DNA of 64,000 nucleotides from Vicugna vicugna. Lineage: Eukaryota. Each line of letters begins with the position of its first letter. Position 1 is the first letter of the stretch. The notes under the pieces were generated by a model that was given only the letters and a program-made list of their open reading frames with translations, ran no database searches and was not told the DNA's origin. The translations under genes were made by a program, and so were the position numbers. Shown piece by piece: positions 40,791 to 54,151 of this stretch. Location: NCBI GenBank assembly GCA_013265495.1, contig MU058000.1, forward strand, positions 2,989,905 through 3,053,904, in the 5' to 3' direction.

Positions 40791-41559
40791 GACACCCTTG
40801 ACAAGGGCCCACACAGTCTCCTTGTCAGCCTCCTATGGTGGAATTCCAGTTTCTGCAGAATGTGTATGTTGGAAGGGGGAGTGGGAGGTGTTACTGTCTA
40901 AATATTAGATTCAAACACATTCCGATAATTTATTTTAATCCTTTTGTTAAAAGCTAAAGCAGAGTGCTTTGTCATTAACAGTAAACAAAGCCAAACAAAA
41001 CAAAAACATAGCCCCGACAATCACTGTGAAGCACCTGGTATTTGAAATTTTGGCAGAGGCAATTTCCCAGTGGGGGCTCAAGCTGAGTCCTCTCCAGCCT
41101 TCCGAGGTTGTCTTTTGGCAACGGAGGTTGACTAGAACAAAGATGATCTATTGCCTGGAGGCCAAATGGTGCCCTTTCAACCCGGTATCTGTCAAGATAG
41201 GAAGAAGATAAGGTCACTTTACATCACTTACAGTGAGGAGGGAGGGGCAGGAAGCCGGCGGGTTGAAAGTGCACAGCTCACATGGCTTCCTTGAGGCTCC
41301 TTCAGCCTCAGGAACAATGCATATTTCTCTGAAGACTAGCTGGCTGAGGGCAAAAGAAACACACACACACCCCCCTTCCCCCTACAGGGAACAAAGCCAG
41401 ACAGAGAAGAGAGATTGAAAGTCCTCTGCCATAAGACTGAAAGGAAATTTAAAATTTATTACCTTAACAAGGTAACAAGATCTGAATTCATTTCAATTTG
41501 ATGTGCAAAAAAATGGTGACTAGGAGTGAAAACACTATTTTAGAGGGAAACTTTTTAAA

Positions 41560-42720
41560 GCAGTAGTACTAAAATGTAACTATAAATCATCCATAATCTA
41601 ACCGCCCCAAACGCAAGACAGTTTGTGTTACTGCATGTCATCTAAAACATTTGTGCGTGTTTACATAATCGTACATTTAGTATATAATAGATTATTTTAA
41701 TTAGCATATCAATTTTTCAGTTTTGTTTTAATCGCTGAATAAATGTGTGTGTCCATGTGGCTTGATTTGCATCCCCTAGGGAAACTGTTGCATCCCATTT
41801 GAGGCGATATTGGATAATCCTGCAACAAACATCCTCATATCATATGTTCATCTGCTCAGAATGAAGTCAAGGAATAGAATTCCTTAATCACGAGATATGA
41901 TCGTCACGAGGGGTCCTGTTTTACACTAACACGTTGTTTGTTAAACGTGTTCTTTGCTGTTATCACGCTAAGGATGACGGATGAATACATCAGGTTCGTC
42001 ACCTCACAGTGATGCCTTTTCATTTTTCAATCATACACTTACTTAATAAATCTAAGGAGTTGTTTGGGTTGCCTATATTTTATGAAATTTTAAATTAGAT
42101 GTGACTTGTCTCTTCACGTACTCTGCCCATGTATTTATTAGTGGATTGAAATGATAGATTGAGTAAAGCCTTCATTGCAGAATAGATGTAAACTCTTTGG
42201 CATTTTTAAAGTATTAAGTTTGTAAAACTTTCGAATTTGTATATATTTAATCTCTTCAAATCTTCTTTAGGGATATCGCCATTATTACAAAGCAGAGAAA
42301 GTTAAATTTGTCCCCAGTTTTGACAGATCTTATTTTGTTTTGGCTGGTCTTATTTTCCTCCCCATGTTTTGCTTTTAATATAAAACTTTCAAATCCACTT
42401 GAAATTTATTTAGAAGGATGGTACAGTACATGGATTAAATTTCACCCTTTATAATTTTTGATCAAAATTGTTATTAAAAATTGTTATTCAGTGATTTTGG
42501 TATTATTCATGACATAATCTTTTCTTACTCCCCTGATTCTAAAGCTCACTCTTTTTAATACACAGTGAGCCTTTATATGTCATTAGATCTATTTACGGTT
42601 TTTCATTGATGTGTGCTTCCATCTTGTGCAAGTACTATATTATTTTAAATACTGTTGCATTTTAAGGGGACTAGTAGCACTGTATTGAGTTGTAACCCCT
42701 ATTCTCCCTTATTATCCCTT
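41560..42720 (-). mobile_element. Ancient L1ME-type fragment(s)
   Basis: TATAAATCATCCATAATCTAACC (L1ME 3' end, reversed) and T-rich ORF2-antisense-like sequence such as AAATCCACTTGAAATTTATTT and TTGTGCAAGTACTATATTATTTTAA. Confidence 0.6.
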
Positions 42721-45160
42721 TTTAAATTTTACTGCCTTTTTATTTTGTGACATCACTTTAAAAACATTAGATTTTAATTCACCATCACTCAAAATAATCT
42801 TTAGATTTTCTATCTTCTCCAAGAGCTAATCAATATCAGAATGCACTGAACAAATCACACTTTAAAGTTGGATTTAGATTTGCTTTTTTAAAAATCAGTC
42901 TTGCTTTTTAAAAAATAGAAATATTTTAAGATTTTCAGAATATCCTCTTCTAGATTTATTTTAGAGATTCTTGTATTTAGGAGGTTTTCCTTGGAAATAA
43001 CATTCATGGGTAGTCACTCAAGAAAGCCTTTTTTACTGTTTTGTAGTCATATTTAGATTTTAGACTCTCTATGTATTACTCATCTTGATAATTCACATAA
43101 TTCAGCAGATTGAACAGCACAGGACTATTATTTATTTTTAATATTCATTAACTATAATAAAATACTTATGTGTATTTGATTAAACTAGAGAATTCTGATA
43201 CATAAATTATTTGTTTATAAATATATAGTAAATATATATTATATAAGACAGTAAAAATTATTTCTAATTATGTTACACAAAGCTGAATAACATAAACCTA
43301 ACATAAATTTCACCTAAAATATTAGAATAATCCTACATGATTAGCTAGAGGCCAAATTATACATACATCAGTCCTTTAATAATTAATATGGGAGTGATCA
43401 GACACGCAAAATATATGGTAAATTTAAAAAAGAAAATGTTTAATGAGACACATTTAAATGAATTTCATGTGACCTACGAATACAAATGGGAACACAGCAT
43501 ACACTGAAAATAGATGTTTGAGCATTTTCTGTATTTCCTCTCTGGATTTATGAAGCACATCAGGGAACCCACACTTCTTAGATACTTGCCAAGACAGAGC
43601 TAGGAAAAGAAGCCAAGACAGAACCATTTCTCTTGGCAGAGCACTAAAGATCATCGGACCTGCAGTTCATTGATTATAGACTCACAGAGGTTCGTAACTA
43701 AAAGCGATCTTTAGAGGACACCTAATTTGAACCCCACAAATGATGAGATGATTATGTCACAATAAAATTGCTTGACGTCTTAACGAGAACTAGTTGCAGG
43801 ACCAAAACCAATCTAGTCATCCAACTTCTTCCATGTAACACCCTGTAATTCAAGTGGACAGTTTTTGTTTTCTTACTCACACTTGAATAGAGAACAAAAT
43901 GCTAGCAAATACCCCAGATGAAGCTTAAAATTGCAGAAAGTTGCTTAATCATGTACTTGATAAAATTAGGTTTAATCCTTATTTTATAGTTCTACTGCAA
44001 TGACGAAGTTCAATCCAACTATAAATTAAATACAAACATCACTAAAATGTTAAATAAGAATCTTAGTTTAACGTTTATTTTCTGACGCTAAACCAGCTCT
44101 CGTCGATTGAATGCAGGGGTCAGTTTCGCTTGTCTTCGATGCCTTGTACCAGATGGGCTCAGTGCCACAGCCACTTCCATCTGTACAAACCGCTAGAAAA
44201 GCTTTATTCATAAAGCACGTGTTGGTGCTTGTGGGTTTCAGTTGGTGCAATGGGATCATTTACGTGTTTGTTAAGCCTCTCTAAATTTATTTCCATTTGT
44301 CTGCAATAATTTAGCACAACTCCTAAAAATTTGGGATGGGTCTAAATTTTGTATAGGGCCTGAAGCTTCCACAATTTAGGGAGCCCTTTAAAAACTGGAA
44401 ATTTTAATACAAAATTAAATAGAAAATTAACTACCATAAAATGAGAAAATAAGTCACAACCATTTAGATACTTTTTAAATGCTGACAAATATCTTGATTA
44501 TAAAAATTGAGAAAATAGCACCACATGTTCACCATTTAGGTTCTTGATGAATAAAGAATATATAAAATTAATTTAAAGTCAAAACACACATCATAGCAAT
44601 TCAAATGTGCTTAAGTTGCCACTACATTGTTTTCAGCTGCATAGTTTTGCAGTAGAATTACTCTGAGAGTACACTCAGTGACATATTGATGATCTTGTGT
44701 AAGAGATTTTATTCACTAGAGCTCCTTTTTCTTTAGGTCGTTTCGCAGCATTACTGGAAATTTTGCCTGCTCCTTCATTGGGAACTACCAGATTTTAGCA
44801 GCACAGAATGACTTGGTACTCAAAGATGCAATGTGACATACGTTGAAATGCATAAAGTGTGTGACATCACACAAGGGTTGATTCTCTGCTTTCTGTGTTG
44901 CATCAGGTCTGTGCCTAATTAGAGAGAAACTCTAGTGAATTTTACATGATTTCAATAAAAAAAGAAAATGAATATTTGTAACATTGATAATAGTATATGT
45001 TGTACTATCAATTCCGCTGATAGCAGAGATACTTCCTTTTGTCAAACTGCTAATGAGAACTTACATGTTAACATTCAAGTGTATAAACTGAAAATTGAAA
45101 GTCTTTTCCATAGACTAGCTTCTTGGTCTGTATGTCTCAAACCTTGTTTCTTCCTGGCTA

Positions 45161-47517
45161 CAGGCACACCTCATTTTATTGGGTTTCATTTTTTGTGCTT
45201 TTCAGGTATTACATTTTTCACTAATTGAAGGTTTGTGGCAACTCTGCATCGCACTGTTTTTCCAACAGCGTTTGCTCACTTTGTGTCTCTGTGCCACGTT
45301 TTGGTAACTATCACAATATTTCAAAATTTTCATTACTATTACATTTGTTATGGTGACCTGCGATCAGTCATCTTTGATGTCACTATGGTAATTGTTTTGG
45401 GGTATCACGGACCATGGCCATATAAGACAGCAGAGTTAAGTGATGACTGTTGTGTGTGCTCTGACTCCTCCACTGACCAGCTGTTCCTCCATCTCTCTCC
45501 CTCCTTGGGCCTCCCTATTCCCTGAGTCAAACAATATTGAAATTATGCCAGTTAACAGCCCTGCGATGCCCTTTAAGTGTTCAAGTGAAAGGAAGAGTCT
45601 CATGTTTCTCACTTTAAATCAAAAGCTAGAAATGATTACTCTTGGTGAGGAAGGCATGCCAAAAGTCCGAATAGGCTGAAAACTCAGCCTCCTGTGTTCA
45701 TTAGCCAAGCTGTGAATGCAAAGGAAAAATTCTTGAAGGAAATTAAAAGTGCTATTCCAGTGAACATGCAAATGATAGGAAATAAAACAGTCTTATTGCT
45801 GATGTGGAGAAAGTTTTAGTGGTCTTGATAGAAGATCAAACCAGCTATAACATTCCCTTAAGCCAAAGCCTAATCCAGAGCAAGGCCCTAACTCTTTTCA
45901 GATCTATGAAGGGCTGAGAGGGGGAGGAAGCTGTAGAAGAACAGTTTGAAGCTCACAAATTTGGTTCATGAAGTTTGAGGAAGGAAGTTGTCTCCATAAC
46001 ATAAAAGTACAAGGTGAAACCATGAGTGATGTAGAAGCTGCAGCAAGTTTCCCAGAAGATTTAGCTCAGACAGTTAATGAAGGTGGCCGCACTAAACAAC
46101 AGGTTCTCACTGTGGACAAAACAGCCTTCTATTGGAAGAAGGTGCCATCTGGGACTTTGATAGCTGGAGAGGAGAAGTCAATGCCTGGCTTCAAATTTCA
46201 AAGGACAGGCTGACTCCCTTGTTAGGAGTTGATGCAGCTGGTGACTTTAAGCTGAAGCCAATGCTCACTTGTCATTCTGAAAATCCTAGGGCTCCTAAGA
46301 ATCATGCCAAGTCTACTTTCTACTCTGCCTATGCTCTATAAATGGAACAACAAAACCTGATGACAGCACGTCTGTTTACAATGTGGCCGACAATATTTTC
46401 AGCCTACTGTTGACATCTACTGCTCAGAAAAAAAAGATTCCTTTAAAAATATTACTGCTCATCAACAACGCACCTAGTTACCCGAGAGCTCTGATGGAGA
46501 TGCACAGTGAGATGAATGTTGTCTTCCTGCCTCCTAACACAATGGCCATTCTCTAGCCAATGGATTAGGAGTCATTTTGATTTTCAAGTTTTATTAATTA
46601 AGAAATACATTTTGTAAGGCTATAGCTGCCCTAGATAGTGGTTTCACTGATGGATTTGGGCAAAGTGAATTGAAAACCTTTTGGAAAGGATTTGCCATTC
46701 TAGATGATGTTAAAAGCATTTGTGATTTATGGAAAGAGATCAAAATATCAACATGGACAAGACTTTGGAAGAAGTTGATTACAACCTCATGGATGACTTT
46801 GAAGAGTTCAAGACTTCAGAAGAAGAAGTAGCTGCACATATCAGGAAAACTAGAATTAGAAGCAGGGCCTGAAGGTGGGACTGAATTGCTGCAATCCAAT
46901 GATAAAAATTTAACTGATGAAGAGTTACTTCTGGATGAGCAAACAAAGTGGCTTCTTGAGATGAAATCTACTCCTGGTGAAGATGCTATAAAAATAGTTG
47001 AAATAACAACAAAGGATTTAGAATATTACACAAACCTAGTTGATAAAACAGCAGTATGAGAGGATTGACTCCTATTTTGAAAGTTCTACTGTGGGTAAAA
47101 TGCTATCCAACAGCATTTCAGGCTACAGAGAAGTCATTTGTGAAAGGAAAAGTCAATCGATGTTGCAAACTTCCTTGTTCTTTTGTTTTAAGAAATTACC
47201 ACAGCCACCCCAGCCTTAAGTGACCACCACGCTGATCAATCAGCAGCCATCTATTTCAAGGCAAGACCCTCCACCAGCAAAATGATTATATCTTGCTAAA
47301 GGCTAAGATGATGTTCAGCATTTTTTAGCAATAAAGTGTTTTTTAATTAAGGTATATACATTGTTCTTTTAGACAAAATGTTATCACATTTAATAGACTA
47401 TAGTACAGTATAAACATAAATTTTCTATGTGCTGGAAAAACAAAAAACATCTATGTGACTCACTTTACTGAGATATTCACTATATTGTGGTGTTTTGGAA
47501 GTGAACCTGCAATGTCT
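45161..47517 (+). mobile_element. Near full-length Tigger1 (TcMar-Tigger/pogo) with a pseudogenised transposase
   Basis: TA|CAGGCACACCTCATTTTATT left TIR. Transposase starts at 45566 (MPFKCSSERKSLMFLTLNQKLEMI…) with a premature TGA ending at 45679. ORF 45968-46213 (LHNIKVQGE…[13 protein letters not shown]) spans the first DDE motif. Subterminal right end GTGAACCTGCAATGTCT is present. Confidence 0.95.
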
Positions 47518-47674
47518 TTCTGATGCTAAGTGCTGTAGGCAATATTTATATTAAGATAATACCTTCTGTCTGATATAGAAAGAGATGATACAATAAGGCA
47601 AATCTTACAACAGTATGCTTAGCGATAACTTAACTATATGGACATACCTATAAACATGTGTGTATATATACATA

Positions 47675-48061
47675 TTTAGTAGTTGAGTTCAGCCCCTACA
47701 AAATTCATGTGTTGAAGCTTGAATTTCCAGGACCTTAAAATGTGACTGCACTTGTAGATAGGACCTTTAAAAGGTAATTAAGTTAAAATAGGTCCTTGGG
47801 ATGGTCCCTAACCCAATCTGACTTATGTTCTTATGAGAGATTAGGACAGACAGAAAGAGACACCAGACACGTGCCCATACAGAGGAAGGCACATTTGAGG
47901 ACACAGCAAGAAGGTGGACAAGAAATGAGGCCTCAGAAGAAATCACATCTGCCAAACTTTTCATCTTGGATCTAGACTCAAGAAATGTGAAAAATAAATT
48001 TCTCATGTTTCAACCAACCAGTCTGTGATATTTGTTATAGCAGCTCTAGCAAACTCATACA
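47675..48061 (+). mobile_element. MLT1B-like MaLR solo LTR
   Basis: AAAATTCATGTGTTGAAGC…ATGTGACTGCACTTGTAGATAGGACCTTTAAAAGGTAATTAAG…AATAAATTTCTC…TTTGTTATAGCAGCTCTAGCAAACTCATACA. Confidence 0.88.
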
Positions 48062-48206
48062 CTGTAGCTACACCCCCAGCAAATCCCACTGCCACTCTGT
48101 TTGCTGTCTGGCTTGAAATGAAGGAAAGGAAGGAAAGGGCTTTTGAAAGAGACAGTGCTACTAACTCACCTTATATTAATCAATGTTACAGAAATGATGC
48201 TATATA

Positions 48207-48621
48207 CAGGTTTCTCCTGCTACAAGAAAGTTGAGTGTCCCTATGGAAGCTTTTCCTAAGCCTAAATGGCATAAAGCAAAGAAGGACGCATCTTAGGACG
48301 CAGCTTGCTAATGAATGCACAGAATAAATGCAGGTAAACACAGATACTCACAGGCACAGTTCACAGCCCTGGTGGCAGATGCTGAGGTGCTGAGTGTGGT
48401 TCCTGGGAAGGAGCTTGGCGGGGCCACTCTCACTGCCAGGGGTGAGCTCTGCCTCTGTACTTTCCCTGCAGAACAAATGATGAACGGTATTGTCATTTTC
48501 CACCTTTTTTTGGTAAAAGCAAAAATCCTCTTCAGATGTCTTTCACTTAGTGAAAGCAGGTGCCAACGTAGGTCTTTTACAAAAGTAAAATGACATGCCT
48601 TCAAAAAGCAGGGGATGTTTG
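48207..48621. mobile_element. Non-autonomous Tigger-family MITE (probably laurasiatherian; subfamily not named)
   Basis: TA|CAGGTTTCTCCTGCT … AGCAGGGGATGTTTG|TG imperfect terminal inverted repeats with a TA-type target. Interrupts the Zaphod right part. Confidence 0.7.
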
Positions 48622-50960
48622 TGCCCGGTTCTAGGATCCTTCAAGGGTCTTGGAAGTGACCCATGCAATTTAGGGGACCTGAAACTTCAGTGCAAGTATA
48701 AGTTCCCAGGTAAATATGCCCTGACTTTACATACAAAGATGGTTTTACCATGCCAAAGTTGCAATATATAAAATCATGTAGAGTCATAATCAATAAAAAA
48801 TTCAACTTCCAATTTCCACTGAAAAATATACATTTTGTCTTTATAACTAGGAAAAGAATTCAAAATGTTTGCACAGGAGGAGATGGATATGTTTTATCAT
48901 CTTAACATTAGAATATGCAATCCTGGTGGCAATCAGATAAGTTTAAAAATTGCTATCAGTGTAGATTAATAGCAATATAACAAAACTACACAAATGGAAA
49001 GTACAAAATCACAAAGTGGCACTGAAATTAAGGGGCAGTGTTAGGTTATAATGTAGCCATCAAAGTGATCCAAAATATAGTTATTAGAACATTTCAAAAT
49101 TATTATTGACAAAAGAAAGCTAAATTAAAACAAATTCTTATGAAGGAGAATTTGTGGCCCCTGGACCTGCTAGCCTCCATTTGACAGGCGTTGCTCTAGA
49201 TTTTACTGTTTTTTCTTGTCTCCTCTAGGCAGAGCTAATTTGCAATGTTCCTTCTCGCTGATATAATTTAAAAGTTGAAATTTTGTTTATGTAGTGTTTA
49301 GGGCAAGTCTGGATAATTAAACCCCAAAGGGCCATGGGAGCATCTTTACTTAGCTTCACTTTAAGTTACTAAGTCATCAGCTTTTCTGGGGAGAGAGTTG
49401 AGAACTGCTACAATTACAATCTATAAACGTTCGTAAATGTGTTGTTTTGAGAACTTATGTTCTTTCTGTAATACTAAGAAGAATCAAGTTGGCTTAAAGC
49501 TAAAAGAGCTAAATAAGATGAGCATATACCAGAGAGAACATCTATCTATATGAAGTCCCCAAATAAAAAATATGCTCGTCACTGCCCTTGAGCCTTGTGT
49601 TTGAAAAGACATATGGCCAAATTAAATTCCCACATATGATGGGCTGTGGGAGTAGTACCAACAACTACATTTTGGCAGAACAGACAGGAAAACTGGGCTT
49701 AGAGCATAGTATATGTACTTGTTAATATAAAATAAATAAAAGCAAATAATTCAAATAATTAATTTTTAACTTTGAAGCTTAAATATTGTCCCTTTGTATT
49801 TTACATGTCAATATAGATTTATTTATAAATCAATAAATATTCATTAATGTAATTTATGTCTACACAAACAGACAGATGATTTCATAGTAAAAGTATTTTT
49901 ACTTTTTACATGATGGTTTTTTTTTTCTCTATGGTCAGTATTTGAGGGATGGCTAATAACCAATGAGATAAGAAATGTTCTTAATAATCTTAATTAAGTA
50001 TAGCCTTTTTAAGATAAGGCTATCCAATCAGCCACATACATTGAAGATATTTTTCACTGTTAATATTAGATGAAAGATCTCTCTCTCGCTCTCTCCCCTC
50101 TTTCTTTTTCTTAAGAATCTTACCCCTCCAAAAAAAGACAAGGAATATTTTAAAAGGTGGAATGTAATTCATAACAGAGAATACCACCACAATGGAAGGG
50201 GGCCCAAGAACAGTGTATACTAGGTTACTTTTAAGCTTGTTCTAGTTTGTTAGAACTATGTGACCCAGGAGGACTTAGGGATGATAAACTCGCTTCTGGG
50301 TGTATCTTCTTGGGCATATAAATCCATCCTTGATGGCTACCTGAATAGCTTCTTAGAACACTTTGTTGAGAAGGATTTGTAGCATTGTATCAACTCTATG
50401 GGAAGGAGCTCTGTGATCTATTAGTGATGTCTTCCTTGGGTACTGGACAGACGAGCTGCGCATTTTCTCATCTGCCAAAGGGGGGATGATGACCTTTGCT
50501 CTGCATACTTCACCCTGGTGCTCTAAGAGGAAAGTGAACTGAAACGTGTTAATAACAGCAATCTATGGTTAAATGTTTACACACGGTAGCACTATTTGTA
50601 GAGCTCATTTTCTCTTACAATTCTTCACCAAGGACACTGAATTTATTTCATGTGTTTCTTGAAAAAGAACAAAGCTAACAATGCTGCTAACAATGCTGAT
50701 TATTTGAAAATGGAAGCTGTCCTTTCATTTTTCAGGTTTTGTAGCTGCTCACGTAAAGGAGAGACTAACCGTCTCCGCCTCCACTAGCACGTGAAAGGGG
50801 CTATCAAGCTTCTCCACGCTGCTGTTTTGTCAAGGGACCTCTAGCTGGTTACATATTCACTGCCATTTCTTTCTTTCTAACTGTGCTAGGTGGTGCAGAG
50901 GGATTTCCTCCACATTAAACTATACAGCAAAGCATTCTCTCCATGCAGTCCTGAGCTTAC

Positions 50961-50996
50961 CACGGATACTTCCTACAATGGCAATCCTCTTGGCTC
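50961..50996 (-). other. Candidate 36-nt exon of an unidentified minus-strand transcript
   Basis: Minus-strand acceptor TCAC(T)10CCCTTAG|GAG and donor GTG|GTAAGC, in unique sequence. Confidence 0.3.
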
Positions 50997-52104
50997 CTAA
51001 GGGAAAAAAAAAAGTGACAGTGATAACCAATCAAATAACGCTTAAATAAATTTTTTATTTTTTGCAGAAGTAGAACAAAACTAACTTGCTTCCGCCCACG
51101 CATGAAGCAATGTTTTTCATAGCACTAGAATTTGAAAAACCAATAGAAAGTCTCTTCTTGTGGACAATCAAGAATTTCATGTAATAGTGTGAACTCATAT
51201 AATCTCCCTCATAACCCCTTTTTCAGCCTTCCTCCCCCACAAAAAAACAAACAAACTTCTACAATGCTAAGACCCATTTAGTTGAATTACACTTACCTTA
51301 CTAGTTTTGAATTAATAACATTTAGTCTTTTCCATTTGATATAAGCTACTTGAAGGTAAGGCTATAGTTAATTCATTTCTGCCTCATTTCTTACCCTTGT
51401 CTTCACACAAGGACAAGCACACAATAAATCACTGTTTACGCTTTCTTTCCACAAATACATTCACATAGCTCACTCTTTGCGCTGGGTGCTGGGGGCACAG
51501 CAGTAAGTATGATGAATACAGCCCATACTCTAAGAGAGTTTATGTCCTTAACGCTGTGTGATTATCCAGAGAAGAGGGCATCATTTAGACGGAAGCTCAT
51601 TAGACGATGGTTCTCAGAGGGATGTACTAAGCTGAGATCGTAAAGATAAGAATCAAAGAACAGAAAAGTACAGAAGACATACATATATGCTGGGTGATGA
51701 GGACTTCTTGTTAGGGCAGGCAGACACAAAACACCAGGCACTCAGGCTGACTTAGAGAGTGATTCAATCTGGAGGGACAAAGTGTCTGTAAGGGAGAGAC
51801 AGATCAGGATAAATGATGGAGCTGAGCTAGTCGGGGTAAAGACTATGACCTGGCCCCAGGAGCCAATCCATTGCCATTATGAAGTATCCTATTTGTGACT
51901 GTGATGCGCTGGGACCAAATCCAGGCACCTCCAAAAGCATATCTGAGCACAGAGCAAAACAAGGAGACTGTGCAAACCACAAAAATGCCTAGGCACCATT
52001 CCCCTAGCTAACCTGAGTGACGGCTACTTTTTTTTTTTTAAAGACCAATTGCATCTTTCGTTCTCTTTTATCCCTTCTGTTTCCTGTTAAAATACCATGT
52101 GCAT

Positions 52105-52421
52105 CTAAGTCAAATAAGCCAGACAGAGAAAGACAAATTGTATATAATTGCACTCACATGTAGCATATAAACCGAACAAAAATAAAATGAATAAAAATAA
52201 AATAAGTGAACAAACCAAACCAAACAAAAACAAACATGCAGACACAGAGTAGTAGCTACCAGTAGGAAAGTAGAGAGGAGAACAGAATGAGGAAAGGGGA
52301 TCAACTATATGGTGACAGATGGAAACTAAATGTTTGGTGGTGAGCACACTGTAATGTGCATAGAAGCTGAAATATAAGGTTGTACACAAAACATGTTATA
52401 AACCAACGTCACTTCAATTAA
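52105..52421 (+). mobile_element. Laurasiatherian-type L1 3' end
   Basis: CTAAGTCAAATAAGCCAGACAGAGAAAGACAAAT…GGGGATCAACTATATGGTGACAGATGGAAACTAAATGTTTGGTGGTGAGCAC…ATAAACCAACGTCACTTCAAT. Confidence 0.85.
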
Positions 52422-54151
52422 GACAAAAAGTCACCAACTTATCCCTGCAATCCAGAACAAACCACTGCTTCCTTGAAGCCTTCCCAAGTCATTGAACACA
52501 AGCTCCAATCCTAGTGCCAGCTCGGTCTCACTCTCTTATGAGACTCCCCATTGGTCTGAGGGTAGGTGGCCTCTTTTGTTACCGTGAGTAATAGAACCAT
52601 TACATTACTTTGATTACTGCTGTATTCCTGGTAGTATTTGGCTGCTGAGTGTGGATATACTCAAAACATACTAATGACAGCTGTGGGGTGAGTGTAAGAA
52701 ATGATGGAGGAAATGAGAAGGACGTACAGGTGTCCTGTAGGCACTGAGCAATGAAACCATCCCCTGAGACTGGGGATGAAGATGGGGCAACAGGTTTTGG
52801 GGTATGATGGGGAAAGGAGGAAGAAGTGGTGTTTTTACTTTTAATTTTTTCAGTACTTGTGTGACATTCAAATGGAGATACCCAAAAGGTATTTGAGAGT
52901 CAGTATACAATAGTAGTTAATCAAAGAGATGTGGGACCAAATCTCAGCTCCATAATTCCATGAGAAGCATACGTTTATTTCCATGAGTCTAAAATTCTTT
53001 CAAATTGATGCAAGGGGCTAGGAAAACAAGGGCTATTTATTTCAATGATACAGCTATAGTCACAATAAAAATAAGAGGTAGGAATATGACAGATGGCTGG
53101 GGAATTAAAACTTTACAAGATAAAGTAACCTGCTTTCATTTAAAGCTCACCAGGTTTAAACAATTTTTAATGATGCCCCCTGCAATTTTATATATATTCT
53201 TTCCAGAAAGGGGTTGAATACAGAGTCTTAGAATAACAAGTGAGAGAGAACACATCATGTTCATGATCAGAACAGATAAGGAAGAGTTTATAAGGAGACA
53301 GGAGCAGAAACCTGCGCTCTGCCCAAGAACATGACCGAAGACATTGAGGATATAAATTGCAAAGGGATAGCACAGCCCTGTGTGCTTGGCAATTTGGAAA
53401 TCTTTTGCAAAGACTTGACAATTATTTGAAGTAAATTATTTACTGTCCTTCCTGTTTTGATTCTGCTAGAGATTGACTTCTAAATATTAGTCCTCCACCA
53501 AAAGGGGAACAGAAGTTAACAAGGACTTCCTATAGGGGACATTTTCAGGTGGGACTTGATGCCCACTCTCAGATAATTATTATTCTGTTACCCAGGTCAG
53601 GGTATTTCTACAACAGTTCTAATTCTACCCTTATTTCTGCTTCTCTCTACTAGATGTCTGGGAAGGGTAGGTATGCAATGGTTCTAAGATTAAGGGATAC
53701 ACAATCAGAGGGTCTAGATCCATGATGGTAACCTGATCTGGAGAAAGGGTGTTATTGAGCCTCCAATAAATGTAACCAATGTCAAAATCTCAGGACAGGG
53801 CATACTCTTTCCATGCTCTTAGAGTCTACAAATTCTACCCAGGGGGCCATGCAGCAAACTTGAGTTCCTCACTCACTATATTTAAAAGTTCAATAGCCTT
53901 GTTGGAGAAGAACATCAGTCAATTTCAACTACTATGTAATATTTGGGTAAAGGATATAAACAAAGATCTGGGGGGGAAAATATTCCCCTATTCACAAAAC
54001 TAGTTTTTCTTTGTCCTTCTTTGATACAATTCAAAATAAAATAGCACCTGAGATAAATATTACTAAACCTATTCTCTACAATGACAGAAACATACAAGCT
54101 CTTTTTTTTTCTCCAAAATGCCATTCAAGTTGATGAATTAGCACATCCATT

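Larger units (their letters stand above)
44335..48723. mobile_element. Zaphod/MER115-type hAT-Tip100 DNA transposon remnant hosting three later insertions
   Basis: Left part AAATTTTGTATAGGGCCTGAAGCTTCCACAATTTAGGGAGCCCTTTAA. Host pieces resume at about 47516 and 48062. Right end GGGTCTTGGAAGTGACCCATGCAATTTAGGGGACCTGAAACTT…GGTAAATATGCCCTG. Confidence 0.7.

Noticed and set aside
45566..47060. Tigger1 transposase as an intact or domesticated TIGD gene
   Set aside because: Premature stop after 37 codons and several frameshifts.
50674..50698. Small tandem duplications such as (GCTAACAATGCT)2, and similar ones near 22097, 42464 and 59079
   Set aside because: Ordinary replication slippage products.
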